From Longimicrobiales bacterium (GTDB lineage: Bacteria; Gemmatimonadota; Gemmatimonadetes; Longimicrobiales; Gaopeijiaceae), in assembly GCA_965248195.1 (NCBI GenBank), contig CBDFIQ010000001.1, positions 832,001 to 896,000 of the forward strand: a DNA stretch of 64,000 nt. The letters are read 5' to 3'. The first letter of the stretch is position 1; each line of letters starts with the position of its first letter. A program made the position numbers and the translations under genes. The notes beneath the pieces were generated by a model, which was not told the origin of the DNA, made no database searches, and worked only from the letters and a program-made list of their open reading frames with translations. Shown piece by piece: positions 36,536 to 46,159 of the stretch.

Positions 36536-37924
36536 ATGCAGATCACCTCGCTTAGGATGTATGTTGGGATCGTCACGGCGCTCGCCGTGGGGTCCCTTTT
36601 CTTGCTGGATTGGGAGATGCTCGACTCCCTACCAGCGGAGTCCTGGCAGGGCCTGTTGTCTCTCGTCATACTGGGTCTCGTCTCAGAAAGCCTTTCCATT
36701 AAGGTCAAGCTCGGAGGAAACTCAGGCAGTTCGTCGATCACGTTCTTACCCCTGCTTACGTGCGTCCTGCTCTTCGGGCCGGTTCCCACGGTAATGCTCC
36801 ATGCGGCCACTGGTACTTTTGGTGAACTCATCGTTCGCCGAAGCGAGCCGATCAAAGCGATCTTCAATATCAGTCAGTATCTGCTTTGTACGGTGGTGGC
36901 GGGCTTCGTGTTTGAAGCCCTTGGCGGTGTTCCGCAAGCAGCAGTCACCACCCCGTTCGCGATTCAGGGCGTTCAACTTGTCGGGTTCGGGCTGGTTTTC
37001 CTCACGGTCAATCAGGCCGCTGTGTCCATCGCCATTGCGATCATCGAAAGCATGCCTTACCGGAAGGTATTGGCCCTTATTATAGGCCGCTCAGGTGCGA
37101 ATCTGGGTTACGATCTTCTCATAAGTCCGTTCTCGCTCGGAATGGCGTTTCTTTATTTGGAGTGGGGCATTGCTGGCTTCCTTTTTGTCATTCTCCCCCT
37201 CTTGTTCATTCGAACAGCCTACCTCAGGGCGTTTCAGCTTCAAGAGGTGAGCGCCAATCTCTTGAAGGCGCTTGTCAAGGCCATCGATGTGCGGGATCCG
37301 TACACGTCTGGCCATTCGCAACGGGTGTCGATGTTATCTCGTCGGATTGCCGAAGCGATGGGGCTCTCGACCACACAGGCCAAGTACGTCGAGACGGCAG
37401 CGCTGCTTCATGATATTGGAAAGATCGACGAAATCTATTTGGAAATCCTTCAGAAGCAGGGGCCACTCAATATGCTCGAGCGGAGGGTTATCCAATCTCA
37501 TGTAACCACCGGGGTGGAGTTACTCGAGTCACTTTCATCCTACCCTGAAGCGGTGCTCGGTGCGGTTCGACACCATCATGAGCGCGTGGATGGCGGAGGA
37601 TATCCCGACGGACTGGTCGGAAACGAGATCCCTATCGGCGCTCGAATTATCAAGGTGGCGGATGCGGTAGATGCGATGCTGTCCGACCGACCCTATCGAA
37701 AAGCGCTTTCAGTGCCCGTGGTTCGGGAAGAATTACTCGAGTTCTGCGGTACGCAGTTTGATCCCGGGGTGGTACATGCGATTCTGAAATCCTCGGTTCT
37801 GAACGACCACGCCGACGAGATCCTGGCAGCTGGGTTGAACTTGCCAGAGACGATCCACGGAAGCTTCTCCACGGGATCTTACCGAATGAGATCCGGGGCA
37901 CCCTGGCGGAGGTTGAAGCGGTAA
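36536..37924 (+). CDS. Multi-TM HD-GYP cyclic-dinucleotide phosphodiesterase
   Basis: ~7 TM N-domain; DPYTSGHS, LLHDIGK, HHERVDGGGYPDGL. Confidence 0.93.
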   Translation: MQITSLRMYVGIVTALAVGSLFLLDWEMLDSLPAESWQGLLSLVILGLVSESLSIKVKLGGNSGSSSITFLPLLTCVLLFGPVPTVMLHAATGTFGELIVRRSEPIKAIFNISQYLLCTVVAGFVFEALGGVPQAAVTTPFAIQGVQLVGFGLVFLTVNQAAVSIAIAIIESMPYRKVLALIIGRSGANLGYDLLISPFSLGMAFLYLEWGIAGFLFVILPLLFIRTAYLRAFQLQEVSANLLKALVKAIDVRDPYTSGHSQRVSMLSRRIAEAMGLSTTQAKYVETAALLHDIGKIDEIYLEILQKQGPLNMLERRVIQSHVTTGVELLESLSSYPEAVLGAVRHHHERVDGGGYPDGLVGNEIPIGARIIKVADAVDAMLSDRPYRKALSVPVVREELLEFCGTQFDPGVVHAILKSSVLNDHADEILAAGLNLPETIHGSFSTGSYRMRSGAPWRRLKR

Positions 37925-37936
37925 GCTGGATGCCGT

Positions 37937-40900
37937 CTACATGAGGGCTTGAATTCTCCTACCCTGATGAGTGAGCCCCAATTGTGTTGCCCTGCTCGAG
38001 ACCTCCTGGGCCAGCCGGGTTGCCGAGGCTGTGTCGGTCGTTCGTAAGAGGCGAATTTCCTCCATTCGAAGCTTGATCCAACTCAAGGGCAACCTTGCTT
38101 CGACTTGTTCAGCAGTCGCGCGCAGGACTCCTAATGCACCCGGCATGTCGCCGTGGCACCGACGAACGCGAGCTCGGAAGGTGACCGGCAATGTTGGATC
38201 AAAGGACCAAATGCTTGGGATTCGCATGAGGTCATTCCTCTTGACGGCCCGCCGTAGGGCGCCCGTGTGAAGTTCACATATTCCCAACCCGGCTTCGGCG
38301 GTGAGGGAGATGTGGGCGGGCAGGGACGCTGGATCCTGACGCATTACGCGCTGAAAACACTCTAGAGCCTTGGAGATCTCTCCCAGCCGCAAGTTGAGTT
38401 CCCCACAATTGACGTCGAGAAGAACATTTTCAGCTTCGGTTTCCCCGCTCTCGACGATTTCTCTCGCTTCACCGAAGGAGACCTCCGCCGCATCGTAGTT
38501 CCCGGAATCCAGGTGCCATACGCCTCGATTATGCCGAAGTAAGAACCGAAGCAGTAGATCGCCCGCCAGCGCCGCCGCCTCCTCCGCGTCGGCAATGAGA
38601 TCCAAGCCTCCGGTGGACGTTATTAGGCCCTGATAATTTAGGACAAAGATCAGCCGATTTAGTGCGATGGGTCTCTCACGGACGAAGTCGTGAGCCTCAG
38701 CCAACTGGACTGCCTTGCGAGCACTGGCGAGGGCCAGCTCGGGTACGCCGTAAAGTTGGTGTAACGTCAACACGCAATGAGCCCTGCATCGTGCCCGGGG
38801 GGTGCCGACTCTGCTCAACGCATCGGCCTCGTCGAGCTTCGTTCGAATCGCCAGGGCGTCGTCTTTCCGTTCCAATGCAAGGACTTCAATGTCTAAGGCC
38901 TTGGCATATGCCTCAGATTCCCCCTCGGCGCTGAGGGTTGATTCCATCTCGTGTAGCCTGGCCAAGAGGTCGGGAGTCAAGGCTGGATTGAGGCACAGCA
39001 GGCAATCCATTTGCTCGAGCTCGGCCTCCCAGGCCTTACTGGCGTGGCCGGCCGCTCTCAGGCCTTCACAAGCGAGCGCAAGAATGGGAGCCGCTGTAGC
39101 CAAGTCTTGGCGGAGGTAATGGAGGTGGCCCAACCTCCAGAGGATCTCACTCGCCAACGCCCCGTCCGCTTCGTTCCGCCGGGCGATGGACAGGTGAATG
39201 ATGGCCTCAGGAAAGGCGCCAGATTGCTCCGCGAAGCCAGCGGCGAGCAGCGAGTATTTGACGGCCTCTGGCGCGATACCGGCTCTGTCGAGGTGCATCG
39301 CCAGGGTTCCCCAATTGGCTTCGTCGTCCGCTCCAAGAGATTGGGCCACCCGTTCGTGCAGCATCCGCCGGCGCGCCGGGCCAAGAGAATCATACACGGC
39401 CCTGCGAACGAGCGGATGCCCGATACGACACCCTGCTTCGTCTTCGACCACTAGGCGGGAACGCAGCAGCTCCTCGCTGGCTTCAACGAGAATCGCCGGC
39501 GCTTTTTTAAGCATCTTGGCCGCTTCGGCAAGAGCCTGTGTCTGTCCAGACACGGCGAGCACTGCAAGAAGACCTCGAGCCTCAGTGGAAAGCTCCGATA
39601 ATCTGGGCTGAAGGAGATTCTGCACGGACGGAGGAATCGCGGGCTCGTTGGGCTCGGCCGTGAAGTCCATCCTTCCTGCGCTGGCTTCGGCCGCCAGCTC
39701 GGTGAGATAGAAGGCGTTTCCGGCGCCCAACGCACAGATCGACTCGAGTGTCCGGGATGGCAAGCCTCCTTGCGTGAGGTGGTCTACGATCGCCGCCGCA
39801 GCTGTTGGATCGAGTTCTTCCACGGCCAGGTGCTCGTAGTCCCCGTTGATAGAGGTCAGAAACTCCTGCACGCAAGCGCGCTTCTGGATCAACTCGGTGG
39901 TCAACACCAGGACAATTGTTAGATCGCCCTTGGCCCTTCGCCTCACAAACTGAATGACCGAGAGTGTGGTCTCGTCCATCCAGTGTACATCGTCGAGAAA
40001 TAGCGTGAGGGGCTGACGCCCCGAGAGATGTTCGAACAGAAGAAGAAAGGCCTCCATCAGGCGCCGTGACACATTCAACGGTCCGAGGGGAGGCGGCAGG
40101 GTTTTCTCCGGTGCTCCCTGGGCTCTCGGCATGAGGCCTCTCAACACCGTTACCCACGGCTCACCCAGCACAGAAAGATCTTCTTCTGACAACTGCTGTA
40201 GCACATCGATGATTGGGTTAAGGGGAATGCAGTCCTCGAACTCAGCTCCCCGGGCCCGGAGGGTCCGCACTCCGTCCAGGCGAATCCGCCTCATCGCCTC
40301 CTCGATAATCCTGGTCTTCCCAATTCCAGCTTCTCCCATCACGACGATGAGTTGTGGCTTCGTTTTTGGTGTGGTCAGCCGCGTTTGAAGAAACTTCAGC
40401 TCCGGTCGTCGACCAACCAGGGGAGTACTGCTGACGGCGACATCAGTGTTTCGTCCCGAAGGGCCGCACTCTTTGGCTTTATGGCACAGCTCGGAGGTCG
40501 CTCGCTCTGGGAGCCACACCTTCCCGTAGGCCCTTTCCCACCGTGCCGCGAAATCCGAAACTGTTTCGGGGACCTGGTCAGCATCATCGACCATGACGAG
40601 TTGGCGTATGGAACGCTGCAAAAAACCCTCCTTCGGAGGGCAGGCCTTGACCGCCACGGATAAGAGGGCGCCCAGGTCGGCCCACCTCGCCTCCGATTCA
40701 GCCCTCGCACACGCTCTCAATAGGGCTTCCGCGAAGAGTTCCTCACTCCGTCGGGCCAATGATTCACGCCAGCTCTCGAATGCGACTGTCGGGGCATTTT
40801 CGATGCGTGAGAGAAAGTCGGTCACACGGAGCGCATCGAATTCGTGAAAATCCTGGTGTTTGACCGATTGCAGGACTCGCGTCAGGTCGCACCACCGAGC

Positions 40901-41007
40901 GGCGAGGTCGCTCAGTAAGAATCCTCCGTCGCCCCGCATGATCTGCCGACCGCATTTGTTCTTGACTCCAAGCAACAGCTGGCTCAACCGATGACGCTGG
41001 GGAGCCC
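37937..41007 (-). pseudogene. STAND-type AAA ATPase/TPR regulator, 5' truncated by IS256
   Basis: PLVGR, GEAGIGKT, LFLDDVHW, GNAFY, HPLVR; TPR-like C-terminus; no native start visible. Confidence 0.8.
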
Positions 41008-42383
41008 GGTAGTGTCCCTAGATTTGTGTAAAAGCGGATAAGCTGGACAGGAGGGAAAGAAAAACGGAAGCTCCTCTGTTGTTGTTCACTGTCACATGAA
41101 CCCGGGAGTCCGGGTCTGCAGAGCAGGCTCGGAACCGGAGAGGAGCTTCCGATGCAAGAGATTGTGGAGATCGGTCGGGCCACGCAAGACGAGCTACGCG
41201 ATGATTTGCGCGAGCTGTTTCAAGGCGCGATCCGGCTGACGCTCGAGATGGTGCTGGAAGAGGAGCTGAAGGCCATGGTAGGTGCACGCCGCTTCGAGCG
41301 GGTGGGAAGCCGGAAGGACCATAGGAACGGCACATACCTGAGGCGGCTGCTGACGAGCCTGGGGCAGATCGAGGTCGCCATGCCCCGGAGCCGGGACAAC
41401 GGTTCGCCGGCCGACGTGATCGGCCGCTACCAGCGCAGGAGCCCCGAGCTCGACGAGATGATGGTCGAGGCGTATGTGAGCGGCGTGTCACAGCGCAAGA
41501 TGGGCGACGTCACCGAGGCGCTGATGGGCGAGCGTGTTGGGCGCTCGACGGTGAGTCGTGTGGCAAAACGGCTCGACGAGGCCGTGGAAGGGCTGCGCCG
41601 TGCGCCGATCGAGGGGCCTCACCCCTATCTGTACCTGGACGCCACGTTCTTGGACGCCCGCTGGGCCCGCAAAGTCGAGAACGTGAGTGCGCTCGTGGCG
41701 TATGCAGTGGGCCCTGAGGGTCACCGACGGCTCCTGGCCGTCACGCTGGGCGCTGAGGAGTCGCAGCAGAGCTGGTCGGAGCTCCTCGAGCAACTCCAGG
41801 ACCGCGGCCTCGGCGGTGTCGAGCTCGTGATCGCCGATGAGCACGCAGGCCTGGCAGCTGCGGTCCGCCGCTTCCTGCCCGAGGCACGCCGTCAGAGGTG
41901 TACGGTCCATCTGCAGCGTAATGTGGGGGCGAGGGTCCCCCACCGCTTACGCAAGCGCGTGGCGCGTGAGGTCTCGGTGATCTTCCAGACATCCGGACTC
42001 GCCGAGGCGAAGAAGCTCCTGGGCGAGTTCGGCGCACGCTGGAAGAAGGAGCTGCCCGAGGCCGTGGAGGTCCTGGAGCGGGGCTTCGGGGCAGCGACGC
42101 AGTTCTACGCGTTCCCCGAGGCGCACTGGCCCCGGCTGCGTACCACCAACAGCCTCGAGCGGCTGCACGGCGAGATCAAACGCAGGATCAAGGCCGCCGG
42201 CGCCTTCCCGGACCGGGCCAGCGCCCTCAGGCTCATCACGGCCGTCGCACTCAGGACCACACACGTCTGGGGCGACCGGCGTTACCTCGACCTCTCACTC
42301 CTCCAGAAACAGGAGGTCGCCCAAGCAGCCTAGCCGAAGGCGAGGAGCTTCCTCCGCTTTTACACACAAATCGGGACTTGACC
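41008..42383 (+). mobile_element. IS256-family element, copy 2
   Basis: Same ends as copy 1; flanks GGGAGCCC / ATCTCGAA do not match. Confidence 0.95.
41152..42333 (+). CDS. IS256-family transposase
   Basis: Protein identical to 15479-16660. Confidence 0.96.
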   Translation: MQEIVEIGRATQDELRDDLRELFQGAIRLTLEMVLEEELKAMVGARRFERVGSRKDHRNGTYLRRLLTSLGQIEVAMPRSRDNGSPADVIGRYQRRSPELDEMMVEAYVSGVSQRKMGDVTEALMGERVGRSTVSRVAKRLDEAVEGLRRAPIEGPHPYLYLDATFLDARWARKVENVSALVAYAVGPEGHRRLLAVTLGAEESQQSWSELLEQLQDRGLGGVELVIADEHAGLAAAVRRFLPEARRQRCTVHLQRNVGARVPHRLRKRVAREVSVIFQTSGLAEAKKLLGEFGARWKKELPEAVEVLERGFGAATQFYAFPEAHWPRLRTTNSLERLHGEIKRRIKAAGAFPDRASALRLITAVALRTTHVWGDRRYLDLSLLQKQEVAQAA

Positions 42384-42676
42384 ATCTCGAACTGGCATGG
42401 GTGTTCAACAACTTCCTGTTCCACCGGGACCAACGCTGCTGGGTCGTTCAGCTCGAGCCGGCGGAGCGTACCGCCCTCGAGGACCGATTCAACGACGTGC
42501 TCCGCGTACACGCCGACTTCGTCGGGGTCTGGAGCCAAGTGGACTTCAACGAAGGCATGCTCCCTTTCAAGGAGCTGCTCAACATCACTACGTACCCGGG
42601 TGGCCCCCAGCTCTGCTACACAAAGGGGACCGACGTGAGGGTTCCTGCCACGACCCCAAGTACTATGAATAGGTGA
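42384..42676 (+). pseudogene. 3' fragment of an unknown gene
   Basis: Coding-like frame (..WVFNNFLFHRDQRC..) begins at the IS end. Confidence 0.55.
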
Positions 42677-42741
42677 TCTATCCGGTGTGGGACCGACGTG
42701 CAGTAACTAGCGGCGTGGACGGCGAGTCTGGCGGTAACCCG

Positions 42742-43902
42742 TTAGGAGGCACACGAACTAGCGTCGACGATCTCTTGCCGCACCCAACCGTTCTTCTCCC
42801 GTTGCGAAAATTCCAGGAGTGACGCGCGGGCCTCCCTGGTGCCGACCCGACCCAGTGCCCACACCGCATGCCCGCGCACCAGTACCTCCCCATCCGCGAG
42901 AGCCCGGACAAGAACCGGCACCGCCTCCGGTGCCCCCCAGTTGCCGAGCGCTACACAGACGTTGCGCAGCAGCCCGGCCCGCTTGGCTCGGGTGATGGCC
43001 GAGTCTCGGAACACCTCACGAAACTCTTGCTGGTCTAGGCTCAACAGCTTTTCGGCCAGCTCCACAAGCGACGGCCCGTCCAGCCCCTCTCTCGCCCGGT
43101 AGGCCTCATCTTCTGCTGGCCGAGCAAACCGCTCGTTCCACGGGCAAACCTCCTGACAGATGTCACATCCGTACACTCGGTTCCCCATGAGCGGCCGGAG
43201 CTCGACGGGTATCGGGCCCCGATGCTCGATGGTCAGGTAGGAGATACACCGTGTGGCGTCCATTACCGGGGCCCCCGACGCATCCCGCCCCAGCAACGCT
43301 CCGGTGGGGCACGCATCCAAACAACTCCGGCACGTCCCGCAGTGGTCCTCCAGGAACGGAGCGTCGGCATCGAGCTCCAGGTCTAGAAGCAGCAACCCCA
43401 GAAAAAAATAGGAACCCTGTTTCGGGTGGATCAGCATCGTGTTCTTCCCGAACCAGCCGACGCCCGCACGCAACGCCATTTCCCGCTCCAGAATGGGGCC
43501 GGTATCCACATAGACGCGTCCCTCGACAGGTCCTTCCACGGATGCGTTAATCCAGCCGTGCAGCTCGAGAAGCCGCTTCTTGATGGTGCCGTGGTAGTCC
43601 TGCCCGCGCGCGTAACGGGCGATCACGCCCCTCGCAGGATCGGCGGGTACGCCGGGGGGGTCCTCCTGGAAGTACTCATGACCGACCACGACCGCCGATC
43701 GAATCGACGGCAAGGTTCGCCGGAGATCACCGCGCCGAGCGACGGCGTCCTCACGGGCGAGATACGCCATCTCCCCGTGCCTGCCGTCCTCCAACCATCG
43801 GCCATAGAGATCCAGATGATCGCTCGGTTCGACCGTGGCGACCCCCACCAAACTGAAGCCCAGCCCTCGGGCCTGCTGCTTGAGGCGGGTAGTCAGCGTC
43901 AC
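42742..43902 (-). CDS. queG: Epoxyqueuosine reductase
   Basis: ARYARGQDYH, YVDTGPILER, CGTCRSCLDACPT, RCISYLTIE, GCDICQEVCPWN. Confidence 0.96.
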   Translation of the reverse strand: MTLTTRLKQQARGLGFSLVGVATVEPSDHLDLYGRWLEDGRHGEMAYLAREDAVARRGDLRRTLPSIRSAVVVGHEYFQEDPPGVPADPARGVIARYARGQDYHGTIKKRLLELHGWINASVEGPVEGRVYVDTGPILEREMALRAGVGWFGKNTMLIHPKQGSYFFLGLLLLDLELDADAPFLEDHCGTCRSCLDACPTGALLGRDASGAPVMDATRCISYLTIEHRGPIPVELRPLMGNRVYGCDICQEVCPWNERFARPAEDEAYRAREGLDGPSLVELAEKLLSLDQQEFREVFRDSAITRAKRAGLLRNVCVALGNWGAPEAVPVLVRALADGEVLVRGHAVWALGRVGTREARASLLEFSQREKNGWVRQEIVDASSCAS

Positions 43903-45041
43903 ACCCGGTACTCCCTCCCTTTCCACTCGACATGGCCTCCGCGCATCCAACTCCTAAGAAAGATGTAGCTCACCACTCCGGCCGCTAGTGGATAGAACAG
44001 GCTGGTCCAGAGCGGCGCTCGGAGACGCCAACTGGTAAGGCTCCAAATGAGGACGCTGAATCCCGCGATCGAGGCCGACCATATCCGCCAGCTCTCTGGT
44101 CCGACCCCCGCAAGAGACATAAGCAGGATCACGGGAGGAACGATCCAGATCGCCACGCTGACCACGATCGCGGTCGGCATGACGATCGGAGCAGCCCAGC
44201 GTGGAACGGCTTGGCGAGCCCCCAGGGACACGTTCTTCGACCAGCCATCGATCAACTCATCCAGCGACCTGTACATCCGAGTTGCGAACACGGTCTCGCC
44301 ATCGCGGACCACGAGCCGTTTTCCGGATCTACACAGGATCTGCGCCAACCGCTGGTCCTCGACGACCTCCCACTTTACGGCTTCATGGCCTCCGATTTCC
44401 TCGTACGCGCCTCGGTCGAAGAGAATGAACTGCCCGTTGGCGATCGCATTCCGCCAGCGCTCGGGAGGACGGGGTTTCCCGGGGTTCGGAAAGCGAAATA
44501 CGATCGCCGCCATCATGTGGGTCTGAACCAACCGCTCCCAGAACGTGCCCATGAGTTGCCGGCCCAACAACGTGAGGGCATCTCCTTCGTCCTCGACTAT
44601 CTCCGCTACGGCGCGCCCCAGCAAATCGGGGGCGTGAATGGTATCGGCGTCGGTGAATAGCAGCAGATCTCCCTTCGCCGCCCGGGCCCCCTGCGCGCAC
44701 GCCCAGGGTTTGCCCATCCACCCATCGGGGAGATCCTGTCCTTCGACCACCACAATCCTCCGGGCGTGGTTTGGCGGGACCGCCCGCGCCATCTCCAGGG
44801 TGGCATCGTCGCTCCGGTCATCCACGACGAACACCTCGAAGTCCGGATAGTCCGAGGCGCAGATCGACTCGACGCAAGAACGGATGCTTCTCTCTTCGTT
44901 TCGGGCCGGTACGATGATGCTCACAAGCGGAGCCGCCCGATCCGCTACGTCCACCGCCGCTAGCGGAGGTGGAAGCCTGACTTTAATCAGTAGGTAGAGC
45001 GCGAGCGCGATCCAGGGGGCGAATGCGAAAGGAGGTGGCAT
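43899..45041 (-). CDS. Glycosyltransferase family 2
   Basis: IVPARNEE, DDRSDD, GWMGKPWA, FTDAD, VVED. Confidence 0.92.
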   Translation of the reverse strand: MPPPFAFAPWIALALYLLIKVRLPPPLAAVDVADRAAPLVSIIVPARNEERSIRSCVESICASDYPDFEVFVVDDRSDDATLEMARAVPPNHARRIVVVEGQDLPDGWMGKPWACAQGARAAKGDLLLFTDADTIHAPDLLGRAVAEIVEDEGDALTLLGRQLMGTFWERLVQTHMMAAIVFRFPNPGKPRPPERWRNAIANGQFILFDRGAYEEIGGHEAVKWEVVEDQRLAQILCRSGKRLVVRDGETVFATRMYRSLDELIDGWSKNVSLGARQAVPRWAAPIVMPTAIVVSVAIWIVPPVILLMSLAGVGPESWRIWSASIAGFSVLIWSLTSWRLRAPLWTSLFYPLAAGVVSYIFLRSWMRGGHVEWKGREYRV

Positions 45042-45094
45042 GGGCGTTGATCCACCTTCCGGCCTCTGGGCTTACCAGCCGGAACCGGTTCCGC

Positions 45095-46159
45095 CTATAA
45101 CACCGGGCGGCTGACGCGGACGGTGACCCGCTTGTCCGTGAAGAGTCCGCCGTCGTCGGCCCGGCCCTGAAGCACGTACGTGCCGGGCACATGGAACGTC
45201 AGCTCCGTGACCCAGCGCCCATCCTCCGGCAACTCCGGGGGCACCCAGAAGGAGGACCAGGGAGAGTTGGAGTATGGGCGGGTGTCCTCCCAGGTCGCGA
45301 TCTGCCCAGGCCAAAAGCTCACGTCACCACCCACAGGCCCGCGATAGACATACCAGGACATATGAAGGCCCATGACCTTCTGCACGGTGATTCGTGAGGG
45401 AGTGCGCATAGCCGCGGCAAGATTCAGCGTCCCGTCGTCTTTGAGGGGCAGCCGCGACCGTGTGCTCCGGTTCGGAAGGCCGTCGTCGGTGACGTGGGCC
45501 GCGAGGGTCACAGGCTGACCCACTCGAGCCTCGATAACGGTGTCAACCTCCAGTTCGACGACCGGGGGTTGGTGTGCCCGAAGCTCCGGATCGCTGGAGC
45601 CGGGCCCGAGCGTCCCTGTCTCCGACATGATCACCATGTTGTCCACATAGTAGTCGGGCCTCAACGAGGCGTAAGCCTTCCTCTCTTGTCCCTGGACCCT
45701 GAGCGTCCAAACCAACTCCTGTTCGCCGAAGTCTGCCGGCACCCGGACCTTGAAGACAAACCGGTTGCGGCGGGGAAGGAAATGGGTGGGTTGTCCCCGA
45801 TCGGCGCTCCCCGGCGAAAAGTTGTTGTCGGATCCGACCGGGATGTCCGGCTCCGCTTCCCAGTTCCGGTTCAAGTAGCCGAAGAGGAGGCTGAACGAGC
45901 CGTCCGCGTTTCCTTCCCAGCCCTCGAAGGATGGAGAGAGGATCTGGCCACTCGAGTACGTAAGACCCTGGGCCGAAGCCGAATGCGTCCCCGCCGCCAA
46001 GGCCACGACGCCAAAGACGCATCCCGCACAAACGGCTCTTCGCAGCCGCCAAAACCGACGTGCCACCATTTTATCTACCTGTCCTCGTCCATTGGTCATC
46101 AGCCGGCGGGTCCCCGTCTTGGTCCTACGATCAGTCTGGCTGCGCGCCCGAGTCATCAT
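45095..46159 (-). CDS. Secreted hypothetical protein (Ig-like C-terminus)
   Basis: Signal peptide; FEGW..N.DG.F.L.FGY.NRN, GQPTHFLPRR. Confidence 0.75.
   Translation of the reverse strand: MMTRARSQTDRRTKTGTRRLMTNGRGQVDKMVARRFWRLRRAVCAGCVFGVVALAAGTHSASAQGLTYSSGQILSPSFEGWEGNADGSFSLLFGYLNRNWEAEPDIPVGSDNNFSPGSADRGQPTHFLPRRNRFVFKVRVPADFGEQELVWTLRVQGQERKAYASLRPDYYVDNMVIMSETGTLGPGSSDPELRAHQPPVVELEVDTVIEARVGQPVTLAAHVTDDGLPNRSTRSRLPLKDDGTLNLAAAMRTPSRITVQKVMGLHMSWYVYRGPVGGDVSFWPGQIATWEDTRPYSNSPWSSFWVPPELPEDGRWVTELTFHVPGTYVLQGRADDGGLFTDKRVTVRVSRPVL

Noticed and set aside
15335..42383. 27-kb composite transposon between the two IS256 copies
   Set aside because: Copy 1 has its own matching TSD; the outer flanks do not match.
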